In this document: in pieces, positions 13,101 through 33,862 of the stretch | Position numbering within the stretch: position 1 is the first letter of the stretch | Layout of the letters: the number at the start of each line of letters is the position of its first letter | Source of the DNA: Azolla caroliniana | Taxonomy: Eukaryota; Plantae; Polypodiophyta | DNA length: 64,000 nucleotides | Direction: 5' to 3' | NCBI GenBank assembly: GCA_043228905.1 | Contig: JBHGNT010000001.1 | Coordinates: 2,666,001 to 2,730,000 of the forward strand | Translations under genes and position numbers: made by a program | Notes under the pieces: model-generated | Database searches by the model: none | What the model saw: only the letters and a program-made list of their open reading frames with translations | What the model was told of the DNA's origin: nothing

Positions 13101-15017
13101 AATATTAAATGTTAATATAAAATAGGAATATGCTAACTGGATATAACCCCTCCCCATACAAACACCTGTATCAATCAAGGTTCATGAAGATAACATGGAT
13201 CTTTAATATTATTGCACGATAGTGCCACAAACACATGATAAACATGTTATAAGTGACATAAGTTGTACTGGAAATGACAAGCCATCGTACGTTGCAAAAT
13301 TGCAGGCATTTGATGAGAAGTTTGATATTTGTGTAGGAATGGTGATTTTCTGAAATCAGGATTTGGTGCTAAGACCATAATGCTTTGTGATCAAGTAAGT
13401 ACCATGATTTCAAATATTAGTATGAAAAAAAGAGATTGTTAGTTCTTATTTTATTGCAATTCTTGCAGTGTGAGAGAGAATATCACGTGGGCTGCATGAA
13501 AGAGCAGGGAATTGCTGACTTACAGGTGTTTTGCAATTCTTACAGTCTTACCTGCGCTTGGTTGCATTTTTATTTATTAATAGTTTGCATGAAAATAAGA
13601 GAACCATTTGATTGTGAATTACAGGAATTGCCTCCAGGTGAGTGGTTTTGCTGTGCTGAATGCAAAAACATTCACGATATCTTGGAAGGCCTTGTTTCTC
13701 GTGGTTCTGAACCTGTGGAGGTCGATATTCTCAATGTAATTGCTAAAAAGAGATATCAAAATGAAGCCAATTATGAACGAGTGATTCCCCAATGCCAAGA
13801 TTTCTCGTGGCAACTCCTTCATGGACGGAGAGGTGACCCCAATAATGGAAAGACACTGTCTGAAGTAGCAAAGATATTCTCAGTTCGGTATTACTTGCTT
13901 TGCATTGCCGTATTCTATGTTTATTATGTGAGTTTTACTTGAACATGGCTGCAATATTTGCAGGAGAGCTTTGATCCAATAATAGATGCTACATCTAGAC
14001 GGGACTTAATCTCTCTGATGGTGTACAGGTTAGAGCAAACAATCTAGTTTTTTTGTTTGTGCTTTATCCATGCTAAATACATAGTACTCACATTTTGCAG
14101 TCAAAGCACCAGAGATCAAGATTTTCGAGGGATGTATTGTGCAGTTCTCAGATGGAAGTTAGTATATTACTTTTTATGATCGTATTTTAATACTCATAAG
14201 ATGCTAAATCTTGGTTTGTGTTGATGTGGGCTTCTTTTTAGCTTTCTTTTCATGGTTTTAGGGCTTTTTATCTTTTACTATATTCCACTCACCCTCGAGT
14301 AATGATTCTATGTTCTATTCTTTCATGATGAGGTGCATGAAACAGTCCATTTGTTTGCCTGCTTCTATTCATAGGTGATTTTGTCCCTACAATGAAGGCT
14401 TGATGCAGTTGATATTGCATTTGCATGTCTTGAGTTATAAAGTACATATATATTTTAGCAGTTTGTGCAGAGGTTTTTCTATACTTTATATATGTTCGTG
14501 AATTTTGTAGATCTAATTATTTGAGTTCTGGTATAGGGAAGAAGTTGTTTCAGCTGCAGTGATTCGTGTCTTCGGAAAAAAGTTTGCAGAGATGCCTCTT
14601 GTGGCAACATCTGAAGCAAATCGAGGACAGGTAATTTTGGAACATATTTTGATTGATAGACTGGATGAAATGATCGAGCTCAGTGCATTATAGAAATGTT
14701 GATTTTCCTATGTGTGATTCAGGGTTATTTTCAAATTCTGATGTTAAGAATTGAGGAACTCTTACGATCGCTTCAAGTTAAGTACCTTGTCTTGCCAGCT
14801 GCTGAAGAAGCAGTGGGAATCTGGATCAATAAATTCGCGTTTTCTAAGTTGCAAGACGCTCAGGCAATCTTCTTTTGCCATATGAACATTATGTCTACAT
14901 GAATGAGGATTTGTATTTACCATTCCTGGGTTGTGTAAAATACAGCTCCAGCAATTCGGATCAGAAGTGCAAATGATGATATTCCAGGGTTCTTCAATGC
15001 TGTTTAAACCGATGTAG
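7138..15017 (+). CDS. Tify-binding (x2)/PHD-finger (x2)/GNAT acetyltransferase protein, IDM1-like family
   Basis: 17 phase-consistent exons: 7138-9069, 9158-9226, 9317-9560, 9664-9733, 9959-10040, 10142-10201, 10290-10342, 10416-10597, 12277-12472, 13337-13394, 13469-13525, 13625-13882, 13964-14028, 14101-14157, 14537-14630, 14723-14863, 14946-15017. Motifs: LPTTAKALLSSGLLEG, GILCNC...FERHAG..HPSDYIFLENGKSL, FEAHAGW; PHDs CAECGDSG..CNTCPRAYH and CVFC..LCDQCEREYHVGC..GEWFC; GNAT FDPI..DFRGMYC..VVSAAVIRVFG..AEMPLVAT..RGQGYF..LVLPAAEEA..IW. Start codon uncertain. Confidence 0.92.
12659..13094. repeat. Intronic tandem repeat, 176-bp unit, ~2.5 copies
   Basis: ATGGAAATATCTTACTTCTTGGAGAAAG recurs at 12659, 12835 and 13011. 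The units are nearly identical. Confidence 0.95.
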
Positions 15018-18000
15018 CCCCAAATCTCATCAGCGTTCAAGGTAAGGGACACGAAAGGCTATATAATTCTTATGTGTTTTCTATCTATTTAGTGATATTG
15101 TAACATGATCACCAGATTGCTTCATGGGAGGGCTGAAACGTATGTTTGCCGCCTCAATGAATCTTTTTCTGTTGCTGTTGGCTGAAACCCTAAGCCAGCT
15201 ATTCAATGGAAAGTTGAAGCAGATTCAAATAGAAGGTATGCCCCTCTTCCAGGACTGGTTCTTCAGTTGATTAATTGAATTTGATTGAATAGGAATACCA
15301 GCTGGAAATAGGTATATATGTTGAAATGTTGTTTGAAGGTCAATCAGTCCTATTGTGCATAGATAGCATAAGTGTCTTTCCCCTCTCTCAAAGCCGTGCT
15401 TGAGGAACATAGCTCATTTAGTGCCTACTTTTTTTTCGAAAATGGAAACTCTGCTATATACTTAGTTGACTCAATACTTTGTTTTCGATTTGTAGCCAGT
15501 GCGGATATTATGTATGTAATAGTTTTTCCAAAGAAAATATATTTCCATTAGGTAAAAGTAAAATCTTCCCTTTGTGCAGAAGTTCTGAGAGCTTTACGTC
15601 AGTGCACTTACTTAAGGATACTGGTTTTTGTTTTGGATTTAGGAAAAAGTTTGGAAGTATTTATGGAACGTTTTGCATTTTCAGGTGATTTCGAAGTACA
15701 TGCATATAGTATGCATGCTCACACATTTCTGAGGATTTTGTAACCTCGAGGTGGTGGTCATTTTTGATGTGGTGATGTATGTATATATATATATATCCGG
15801 GTTTTCCAAATTGAGGGAATTCTCTTTGGTGCATACTTTTTCGAGATGTATAATATACGTAAATTTTGGCCATGAAATAGTGAGTAAATGTATGTGTCCT
15901 TTCTGGTTCCTTAGCAATTCAAGTTATATATATCAATTTATTTACAAATGAATAAGTAAATTTAGTCTATGCTGTCACAAAAGGTTGGGGAAGTTTTGTG
16001 TTAATAAAGAATTTAAAACCTTGTACAAACTTTAAAGCTTAACTCATTGGTAATTGATAATTGAGTGGGAGATGCTAATTGCTTATGCTGACATGTAGAC
16101 AGTTGTGTTTGAGATTTTTTCATGTTTATGGTCTCATTTTTGTAAACAATAGTTTTCTTTAATTGGAAATGATTCAGCTTTGAATTTCTCTGCTATTATA
16201 GGGCCTTCTGTAGTATGAAGTCATACTAGTATCAGTATGAACTGCTGAGGTTGTGATGGAAGTCTATTTGCCTGCATATCACAATTGATTGAATTTAATA
16301 GCTTCTGGAACATAGTAAATACAAAATTGACACGTTTATGTTTGCATCTGGAACATAGTACTTGTGTGATGTTTATGGGAGATTGTGCATAATGCAAGAA
16401 AATGATTTATATCACTAGGTTATATGTTTGAGATAAAAGTTATGTGCTATGTCCTTGCTGTAACAGTTTGTTTCTGGCAAATGCTCTCATTGTATGTTTC
16501 CACTCGGGGAAAAATGAAATTCGTTGACAGTAATATTCTTGTGTATATTCAATAGCGTAACAAAGCAATAATCAGCGTATTTACTGTGATTGAAGTGTTC
16601 AAATAAACCAAAACAGGAAGATGTAAAAGCAAGTTATCCATATTAAAGAAAAGGGAAATGAAAATAAATGGGTTCATTGGAAGTATGGATGTTTTAGTAG
16701 AGGTTAAATTTGTTATAGACACAAGACCTCAATGATGAGGATGTACGTTGGTGACAATTTTCTGGTAAGAATAATTTGACACAAAATCCCAAGGTACTGG
16801 GATATCCATATTGACACGCATCAGGTCCTGGAATTATTTGTTCATGGATAGGTATATAAAGATTGCAGATGCGTTCAAAAAGTGTTTCCGAACAGGTGAT
16901 TGGTCAAGACATTTAAGATATTTTATTTCTTTAAGATCCAATTAAACTCCACTATATGAAGCAAAACATTTTGAAAGTTTGTGAAGCAGGGTCATAATCT
17001 AGTATACTCCATAATGATATCTGCTGCAATTCATTCGAAGCTAGATTATATATTGTTATCTTGTGTGAACATTTATGTGTTTTATTTACACTATAGATGT
17101 TACCTCTATACTTATGAGAATGCTATGGATTTACTGCCAGAAAACAAAAATTATATATTTTTCATATTCCATCCCATTAAACATGAACTGGATATCCTTG
17201 TTTGTGGGAGGAAATACATTGAAATGAAGATTGTGCAACACTATAATGAAATACCATATACAAAGAAAATTGTGCATGGGAGAGATGCTCAAATCTCGTG
17301 TGAAGTTATGTATGCAAGAAAATAACAAGAACTGCAGAACAACAATTTGAAGAGTCTCAAGGGAAGAAACTAGTCATTACATGCAAAATGGCACAATATG
17401 AAGTCATTGCCTTCATGAATCTTATGTTAGGCTTCAGAAACGTAAGTACTTGATATTCTGAAGTGAAACATTACCGTTGCCTCAAGGCAATACTAATGAA
17501 AGTTAGCTAAAATGTCTCTTCACTACATAATTAGTTACAAATTCATTATACCTTTTTATTTGTAGCATTATTTGAGAGTTTCATTGGTGCTCTTAATCAG
17601 GGGCCCAAATTCTACACTAAAGGCACCAACCCAAGCCAAAATTCACATTCCTTAAGCATAAAACTTGAAAGGTGAACAAAACTCGACGTTGACATATTTG
17701 AAAATTCATAGTTGGCTTGGGCTTCTCTGTAAATAAGCAATGTTCAAATTAATCATATTGTCTTAAGTTGTGAAAGTATGAATAGTACATGCAACCTAGG
17801 ATTGCAAATATCTTACTTTATTTAATCTATTTGGTCACACATTGAACCATGATTTAGTGGTTAATTGTTGCTTTTTGTTTGCAAGTGGAGGGAAGGTTTG
17901 GGTTTGGGTACAAAGAGTTTTCAAGCCATTGCAACAACTTATACCTATAAAGAAAATGAACGTGTGAGTTAAACTTCTTTTCAAAGCTTGGGATAAGTCA

Positions 18001-19581
18001 ACTAATGATCTAAAATCTAAAATCTAAGAAGATGAAAATGTAATGTTGCCAAAGTTTGAAGTCCACTCCCATCAAATTCTAAATAAGCGGATGAATAGAG
18101 TTTGAAGAAGATGGATGAGTAATAGCGAAAATGTAATGTTGCTTGATCATCAATTCTTATAATGCTTGCTGACTAATTAATGTTATCTATTGGGCTTACG
18201 ACACATTCATAATGGAATTACCAAAAAGTTTATTTCATTTCCAACCATCATGCATCAGTTGTGGGGCAACATTAATCCTCCACCATAGTCAATGTAATCC
18301 CCAATCATGATTAATATGTTAACTCACCACATTATCTATTCAGTTAGAAGCCAAAATCAATAAAAAATGAAATATACCAGACATAATACGGGCACAATTA
18401 ACTTTATATGCAAAGCAAGTGCTTTCATTGAATATTTGTGATATTTCTCCAATATGTCAATAAATGGCACGTTTGTACATCCGTTGTATTATAAAACAAA
18501 CAAAACATTGCCTACATTTTTTAGTCAATCCATGACCTTGTGGTCCAAGATGGAAAAGCCATGTGGTCCTAGCTAGGAAAAGCTGTTCATACTGGCATTA
18601 CCAATGAACCAAAATAGTAAAAATAAATTCAATAAAGTTATTCATTCCATTGAAATAGTTTGTTATAATTATTAAATTGAAAGTAAAGTTAGTCATCCCA
18701 TTAAAACAGTTTACTATTACAATATAGTAGTTACTTATAGGAGAAAGTTATCTTAAAGTTAAGTACAAGCAAGGAAATCTTGATCAAGGAATTGATATTA
18801 ATGATACTACGAAGATGTGAAGTAAAGAAAACTAAGATACCAATACAAGAGCCAAATTAGATAAAAGTTACTATAACACTAAGTTTAATAAAAGCGTTTG
18901 GAGACCCTTGAACCAAGGGTGTATGATGATATTTACGACACTTCGAAGATAGATATTAAAGGAACTACAAAGATACTGCCCCAAGTAGGAGAACCAAATT
19001 CAGTATACATTTTCCCTATACTCTATAATCGGTGGTAGGTTAAAAGAGATAATGTGACTATGTCAAAGTTGAGAGAAAAGAGAATTGAATCGGAAAAACA
19101 CACAATTCTCATGGATTGAGTCAAGTCAAAAATGTATACATTTCTCCCCTCAATTTTCTTCCATGACATCTCCCAACAAAACTTGAACTCTCAATCCATT
19201 ACTTTCATCCATTCAAGGATGCTCATACAAAAGATGTCTTTGTATGAGTAGATAAGATAGAAACACCATAGCCTTCTTTTATCTTCCTCATTATAATTGA
19301 TATAGAAAAACACCATAGCTCTCTTGCGTCAGAAATCAAACCTTAGTTCCCTTTCCATTGACAATCTCTCACGTATATATCATAACACAATCCATAGCCT
19401 TCTCCATACCTATATGTACATATGCAATATTTTCTGTGTTTCTTTGTAATCACTATCCCTTCACTAGTTTACACCTGAAATCAATATAAATATTATAAAC
19501 ATATATATATATATCCTAAAAATTCCAGGAACAAAATCCTAAAAGAAGTCAATTTGATCTTCTTCCTCTTTACACAGATCT

Positions 19582-19842
19582 ATGGAAATGAAAAATCGAA
19601 TGTTGTTGACATCATCCTCATCCTCCTCATTTTCATCCTCATCGACATCACCATCGTCTTCTTCTTCTGCAGAATCTATGAATGTCAAGCTCCTTCTTCT
19701 TCACAACCAGGTGAGGAAAGTGAGGTTGGAAGAGGAGCTTTTCGTGAAGCTTGCAGCAGGGGAAGCAGAGACAAGGTTCTTTCTGCAACAATCCATGGCT
19801 ATGGCAGCTCTGCAGAGGCGCTCTCCTCTCGGTTTGAATTAG
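19582..19842 (+). CDS. Small intronless protein (86 aa): Ser-rich N-terminus, LHNQVRKVRLEEE core, RRSPLGL C-terminus
   Basis: ATG-initiated ORF, GC-richer than its flanks, preceded by TATA-like tracts (~19485-19514) and a CT-rich leader. From memory it resembles small uncharacterised plant proteins with LHxQV(R/L)KI..E and SPLG motifs; unverified. Confidence 0.65.
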   Translation: MEMKNRMLLTSSSSSSFSSSSTSPSSSSSAESMNVKLLLLHNQVRKVRLEEELFVKLAAGEAETRFFLQQSMAMAALQRRSPLGLN

Positions 19843-21254
19843 CGGAATAAGGAAACGGAGTAACACAGAAGCACCGTAAGCCAAAGTTTTGCAGAGACAT
19901 CTTTCTCAATACAATACATACATAATACATGTATATATACGAATACATATACATATACAAATACATATACGTGTATAGGTTTATTTATGAGGAAGAATCC
20001 TTATTCGTATCCTTGAATGCCCCCCAAGTTCTCGTGAAACCCCAAACCCTCACCCCTCTTTGCACAGTGCAATCATGTGGTTGATTGGTTTTTCCTTTCC
20101 CTTGCTTTGTTTGGGGAATAATGGGAGACATCGAGAATAATACATGTATAGGTACATATGTACATATAGATATATATGTGTGCGTACAATGGCCCATGGG
20201 CTTGATTGGCCGATGTGTATACATAGGCCCTTCATGGTTCTAGAGCCTTGGATATGCATATATGAAGTATATACATTCGCACAGAGAACATGTCATTGGT
20301 AGCTCTTCATGATGGTTGGCTAGAAGTACAAAGTTGCCTAAGAAGAATAGGTGATGTGATAGTGGCCCTTCATGATCTTATGAAACCATGAAGTGAGCTT
20401 AACAATATCTAGTATTCTTTGTACATATATAATAATACGCTTACATATGAGAGTTTATTTTAGCTCTTTGTAAATATTAATCCTTTCACATGTATAGCAT
20501 CATTGTGCATCCTAATTCCATGTGGATAACTTTGTAAATATTCTAGAATGTATTCCCTGTCAGGAGTGATTTCAAACATACATAGCAAACACTATGCCCT
20601 TGTTGAAGAAAATATGTTAATTTGGTAGGGTGTTATGTAATTTATGATTATACAGATACATCAAGAAAAGTGTGTCATTATACCCTGGATCACTTTGCAT
20701 TCATACAAAAAATGTTTTATTTTCACCCATATTGATGAGAAAATAAAGTAGAAGTAGATCGTTTTGGGCTTTTGAGTGCAAAAAGTACATATTCAATCCA
20801 GCTCTGCAATAAAATCAAAATCTAACAATACATGTACCAATTCATCACCTATTTATTGTGGCACACCTGTATTACATGTTTGAATGTTTTCAGAAATTAA
20901 CTAAGTCTTCTTCACATAATGATGTATTTCCAACCAAAATTGTCTTCCAAAGAGTTTACATTATGATGTACTGCCTTGGCGCATCTCATGGTGAGTGTGG
21001 ATGAATACTTGCGTTCCAAAATATATAGAATTGCTTAACTCCAAATTGAATACATGAGTAAGGTCATGATGGAGCCCAAGAGATAGAGGATGGATAGTAA
21101 TGTTAGGTCTGCAAAAGAAGAGAGAAGCTTTAAGTTATGAGTCATCATCATGCATTCTTTGCATGATTTATATATTGATCATACATATAAGAAATGGTGC
21201 AAGTGACATTATTTACTTAGGAATTGGAAGCGAGCCATAAAACCCATGTATTTA

Positions 21255-30108
<8,854 letters not shown>

Positions 30109-31935
30109 GTTCAGTGGAACATTTACACAGACGGAGAAGAAACCTTTCTTTCTAAAACACTACTGTGTAATTACAAAATATAAATGTTTATGTATGTATC
30201 TCATGCATGTATGTATGCATGTATTGCATGTATGTATGTATGTATTGCATGTGGTGTATGCATGTATGTCGTTAGTTTGTCTATCTATAGTCTATACATA
30301 TAGCCTTATAGGTTATAATCATGTTTGTTATGTTTGTGCGCGTATGTATGCATATGTGTATGTGTATTGTTGCATTTGTCTTCACTCTTTATGCTGGATT
30401 TTTCGGACGACACACATGAATGCTAAGGTTTGATTTAAATGCCTCTCTCGGTGGTGGAAAGGAACAAGACGAATTTTGAATTTGTCCATGGCTAGGTGAA
30501 ATGATATATATAAGTATCTTTCAAGGGGTCGATCCTATGAAAGATGGAGATAATAGTTCATGGTGATTATGTCTAAATTACAATGTGACATCTTCCTTAT
30601 CACAACTAGAATTTGTTCATGATATAATGTACATTCCAAGGTCGGCTTACTTTATTTTGTGGTGGTTGTGTACATGGCATCTTTAGTAGGACAACTTTGT
30701 TCATATCATGTGCATTCTAATGTTGACAATTTTACATCATTACCATGCACAAAAAAACGCACAAACTAACATTATCATCTTATTGCAATGCTTGGAAATA
30801 AGCAAGCATAAAACGTATTATGTTAATGTGCACATAACCACATTATGTGCTTATGACTTGCCTAACATTCAATATTCTCCTAAGACATGGGAATGTTTCA
30901 CACACTTTGGGTTTCTTGCTATCAAGATGGTAAACTTGTGGTATGGGTGGGTTCTTCCTTTGCCTTCTTCCTGTGGCTTTCATACCATATGAAAGCACTT
31001 TCTACATGGCTTACCCAAGTGTTAATCCAACGCCTTGTGTTTGGATGTTGTCTATTGTTTTTGTCCCCAATAAATGGATAACCAAACTCTATTGTATCAA
31101 ATGCAATGGATGAATCAATCTAAGAGCATTCAACCCAAATAATAATAAAAATGACTTGCTCTCAAAAAAAAGGCACAAGTTAGGTGGGGATTTTAACATG
31201 AAGTAAGACTTGGGCGGGAATTTTAACATAAAGTCTCCAACAATGTGTTTTTCCATAATAATGTATAATACTCTATGTAATAATTTATATACTATTCTAT
31301 GGCAATAATAATAATGTATAATACTCTATGGCAATAATTGTTCACGAGCGTAGGTTGCATACCATAGAAGATTTATAATGATTGAGGATGATACATACAA
31401 CCAATAAATGGTGGAATTAGACTTCTTCACATATAACAACCCTTTCTTGGTCCTATACATACCGATACAACTAATACCTTGTTGAATGAGGCTTAAGTAT
31501 GTTTACCAATCTTTCACATGACTGCGATAGATATACATATCATATTAATTGATACACTGTTTTAATAAGACTCGAACACGCATAGATATACATATCATAT
31601 TAATGGATACCCTTATCTGCCTTATCCCATAGAGAATTTTACTCTTCCGTTGATGGTAATAATATATATAAAAGAAAGTATTAACGTGAAAAAATGAAAA
31701 ACGCATTGGATGCATTACTCACATGGTTTCAAGTTACTCATACAGGACTCTTACCCCACAAGGAGTATTTATTGTTTTACCATATACACACACCCGATGA
31801 CTTGTTGGTTAAGACCTAAGCATATATAACACACTTATCCCTCTCCCTCTCCCTCTCCCTCTCCCTCCCTCTCTCTCTCTCTCTCTCTCTCTAAATTCTT
31901 ACATGAAAGGGATGATATAAAATCATAGGATGCAT

Positions 31936-32506
31936 TCAAATAGAAGGCTTTATGTGGAAACCCTTAGGTATGTCATCAAATTCGAGCAATTCAATAGGTT
32001 TGGACTCAACATCAGAAACCCTCGAGGAAGAGGGACCTGTGCGGCATCGATGAATCATGGATTGGACATCATTCGGCCTACCACAGAAGAGAGCTTCTAC
32101 GGAGCCATCTGCACAGTTTCTCACCCACCCATCAAGACCGAGTTGTCGGGCGGTGTCCATGGTCCATTGCCTATAAAACACCCCTTGCACCCTTCCCTTT
32201 ATTCTCACATTAACCTGGAAAAGAATAACTCATTGGTTGCTATCTCTTACTGTAGCCCAATCGCAAACTTCAAAGAAAGGAATACACATACACACACACA
32301 AGTATTAAAGGAATTAGGGTTGCATGAAACTCTACAGAAGCAAAAGAAAAGAAAAGGAATTACAATTACTATACGAAAAACAAAACCTCTGTCTCTCAGA
32401 GCTCACTTACTATCTTCTTCTGTGGTGAAGACGCTTCGTTCTCTGTGGCAGACATGGCCAGGATGGAGCCTCTGCCACAGAGAACTTGAGAAGGATTCAG
32501 CATCAT
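31936..32506 (-). CDS. Acylphosphatase
   Basis: Exon 1 is 32506 (or 32455)-32411, ending ...MSATENEASSPQKKI|GTAAG. Exon 2 is 32214-31936 with the family signatures IKGRVQGVFYR, GLDGWVRN..DGSVEA, GP..SRVS.V and F.I. Confidence 0.93.
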
Positions 32507-33362
32507 CGTTACGAGCAGACTGTTTCTTTACATTATCATCAACACATGGAGAGAATTGCCTTATATAGATAGGCAGAGCCAAAAGTAATCTGTCATTATT
32601 TATCTTCGTATACATATATGTATTTGTATGTTTGGCCGAAATCTACTAAAGAACACCCCCCCACGCCCCAAAGGTTTCACGAAATCCCAAACATACCCCT
32701 TGTATTTTCGAACCTTTCTATCTCTCTTCTTGGAGTGAACCAAATGGTATCTCAATCTCTTGTGGACGTTCAAAACCTGTACTTATATAAACCAGCCGGG
32801 TTTGTAGACCACTTGTAAATGTGCTATAGTTTATCCTCGCGTGGCATAGAAACCAAAATGATTGACCCAATTATATGCAGCTCCGAGTTTAATGTCTTTG
32901 GAGAAAGAAAGAGAGATTGTAGAGGTATACGTGATGATTTGCCTTGGTACGGAAGGAGACCCAAACAAGTCTCGTGTGTGGATGTCATTTGGGAAGATGA
33001 ACATGCAAACCAAGGATTTGATTTGTTGAATTAGGTAAGGTGACCAGACCAATAACATTTTTGAAGGTAGAGTTGATTTGACAAAAGGACAACAAATCAA
33101 GATATAAATTATGATAACAATATGAAACTTCTATCTAAGTAATATCACAATGAATGGTTTATGAAGTTTACACGTGAAACAAAAGTTTGATGTATATGTC
33201 AACGAGACATACATATTAAGTGTTTAGTCTACGTTGAGGCTATCAACCACATATAGAATTTAGTTGAGCACAAGATTAAGCTTTTGATTCCATCAATTAC
33301 AACACATCCACTAGCTTTTCCACCCGAAGCATGACCAAGAAATGAGGGGTTTTGATTTGACA

Positions 33363-33730
33363 AGTCATGGAGCATACACTTAGCTTGATCTTGAATTAGA
33401 GAGAAACCAATAATTAAATCCTTTGAGTCAGAGGAAGTCCTTATGCAAGGTAAACAGGAGTAGATTCATCAACATAAAATGCAACTATGTAATGTTTAGT
33501 TAATTAAAGGCATTAATGATGTGATTAATCCAAATATTCATGTCATTAACGATGAGTCATAGGGCATAAGCTTAGCTTGATCTTGAATTGAGTGCAACCG
33601 ATAACTAAATCCTTTGAGTTAGAGGAAGTCGTTACACAAAGAAAATGGGTGTAGATTCATCAACATAAAATGGGTGTTTTGTTAATTAAAGGCATTAATG
33701 ATGTGTTTAATCCAAAATTTTATGTCATTA
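33363..33730. repeat. Diverged ~190-bp tandem duplication between the divergent acylphosphatase and LTO1 genes
   Basis: CTTAGCTTGATCTTGAATT...TAAATCCTTTGAGT..GAGGAAGTC...GTAGATTCATCAACATAAAATG...GTTAATTAAAGGCATTAATGATGTG occurs twice (~33379 and ~33571). Confidence 0.88.
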
Positions 33731-33862
33731 GAGTTTGGGAGTGAGCTTAAAACAAAACGTAAAACCAAGTAAAAGGATAAAGTATAAATATAAAATACAC
33801 AAATAAAAATTAAAAATTGATCTTCTGCAGAGCAGTCTGAAGATCATCCAGTATCTGTGGCT

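Noticed and set aside
19985-20400. Palindromic stretches suggesting a miRNA precursor
   Set aside because: No conserved mature miRNA recognised; the symmetry is explained by TA/CA-rich simple sequence.
31930-32568. 212-aa + strand ORF
   Set aside because: Antisense shadow of acylphosphatase running through its intron; no recognisable motif.
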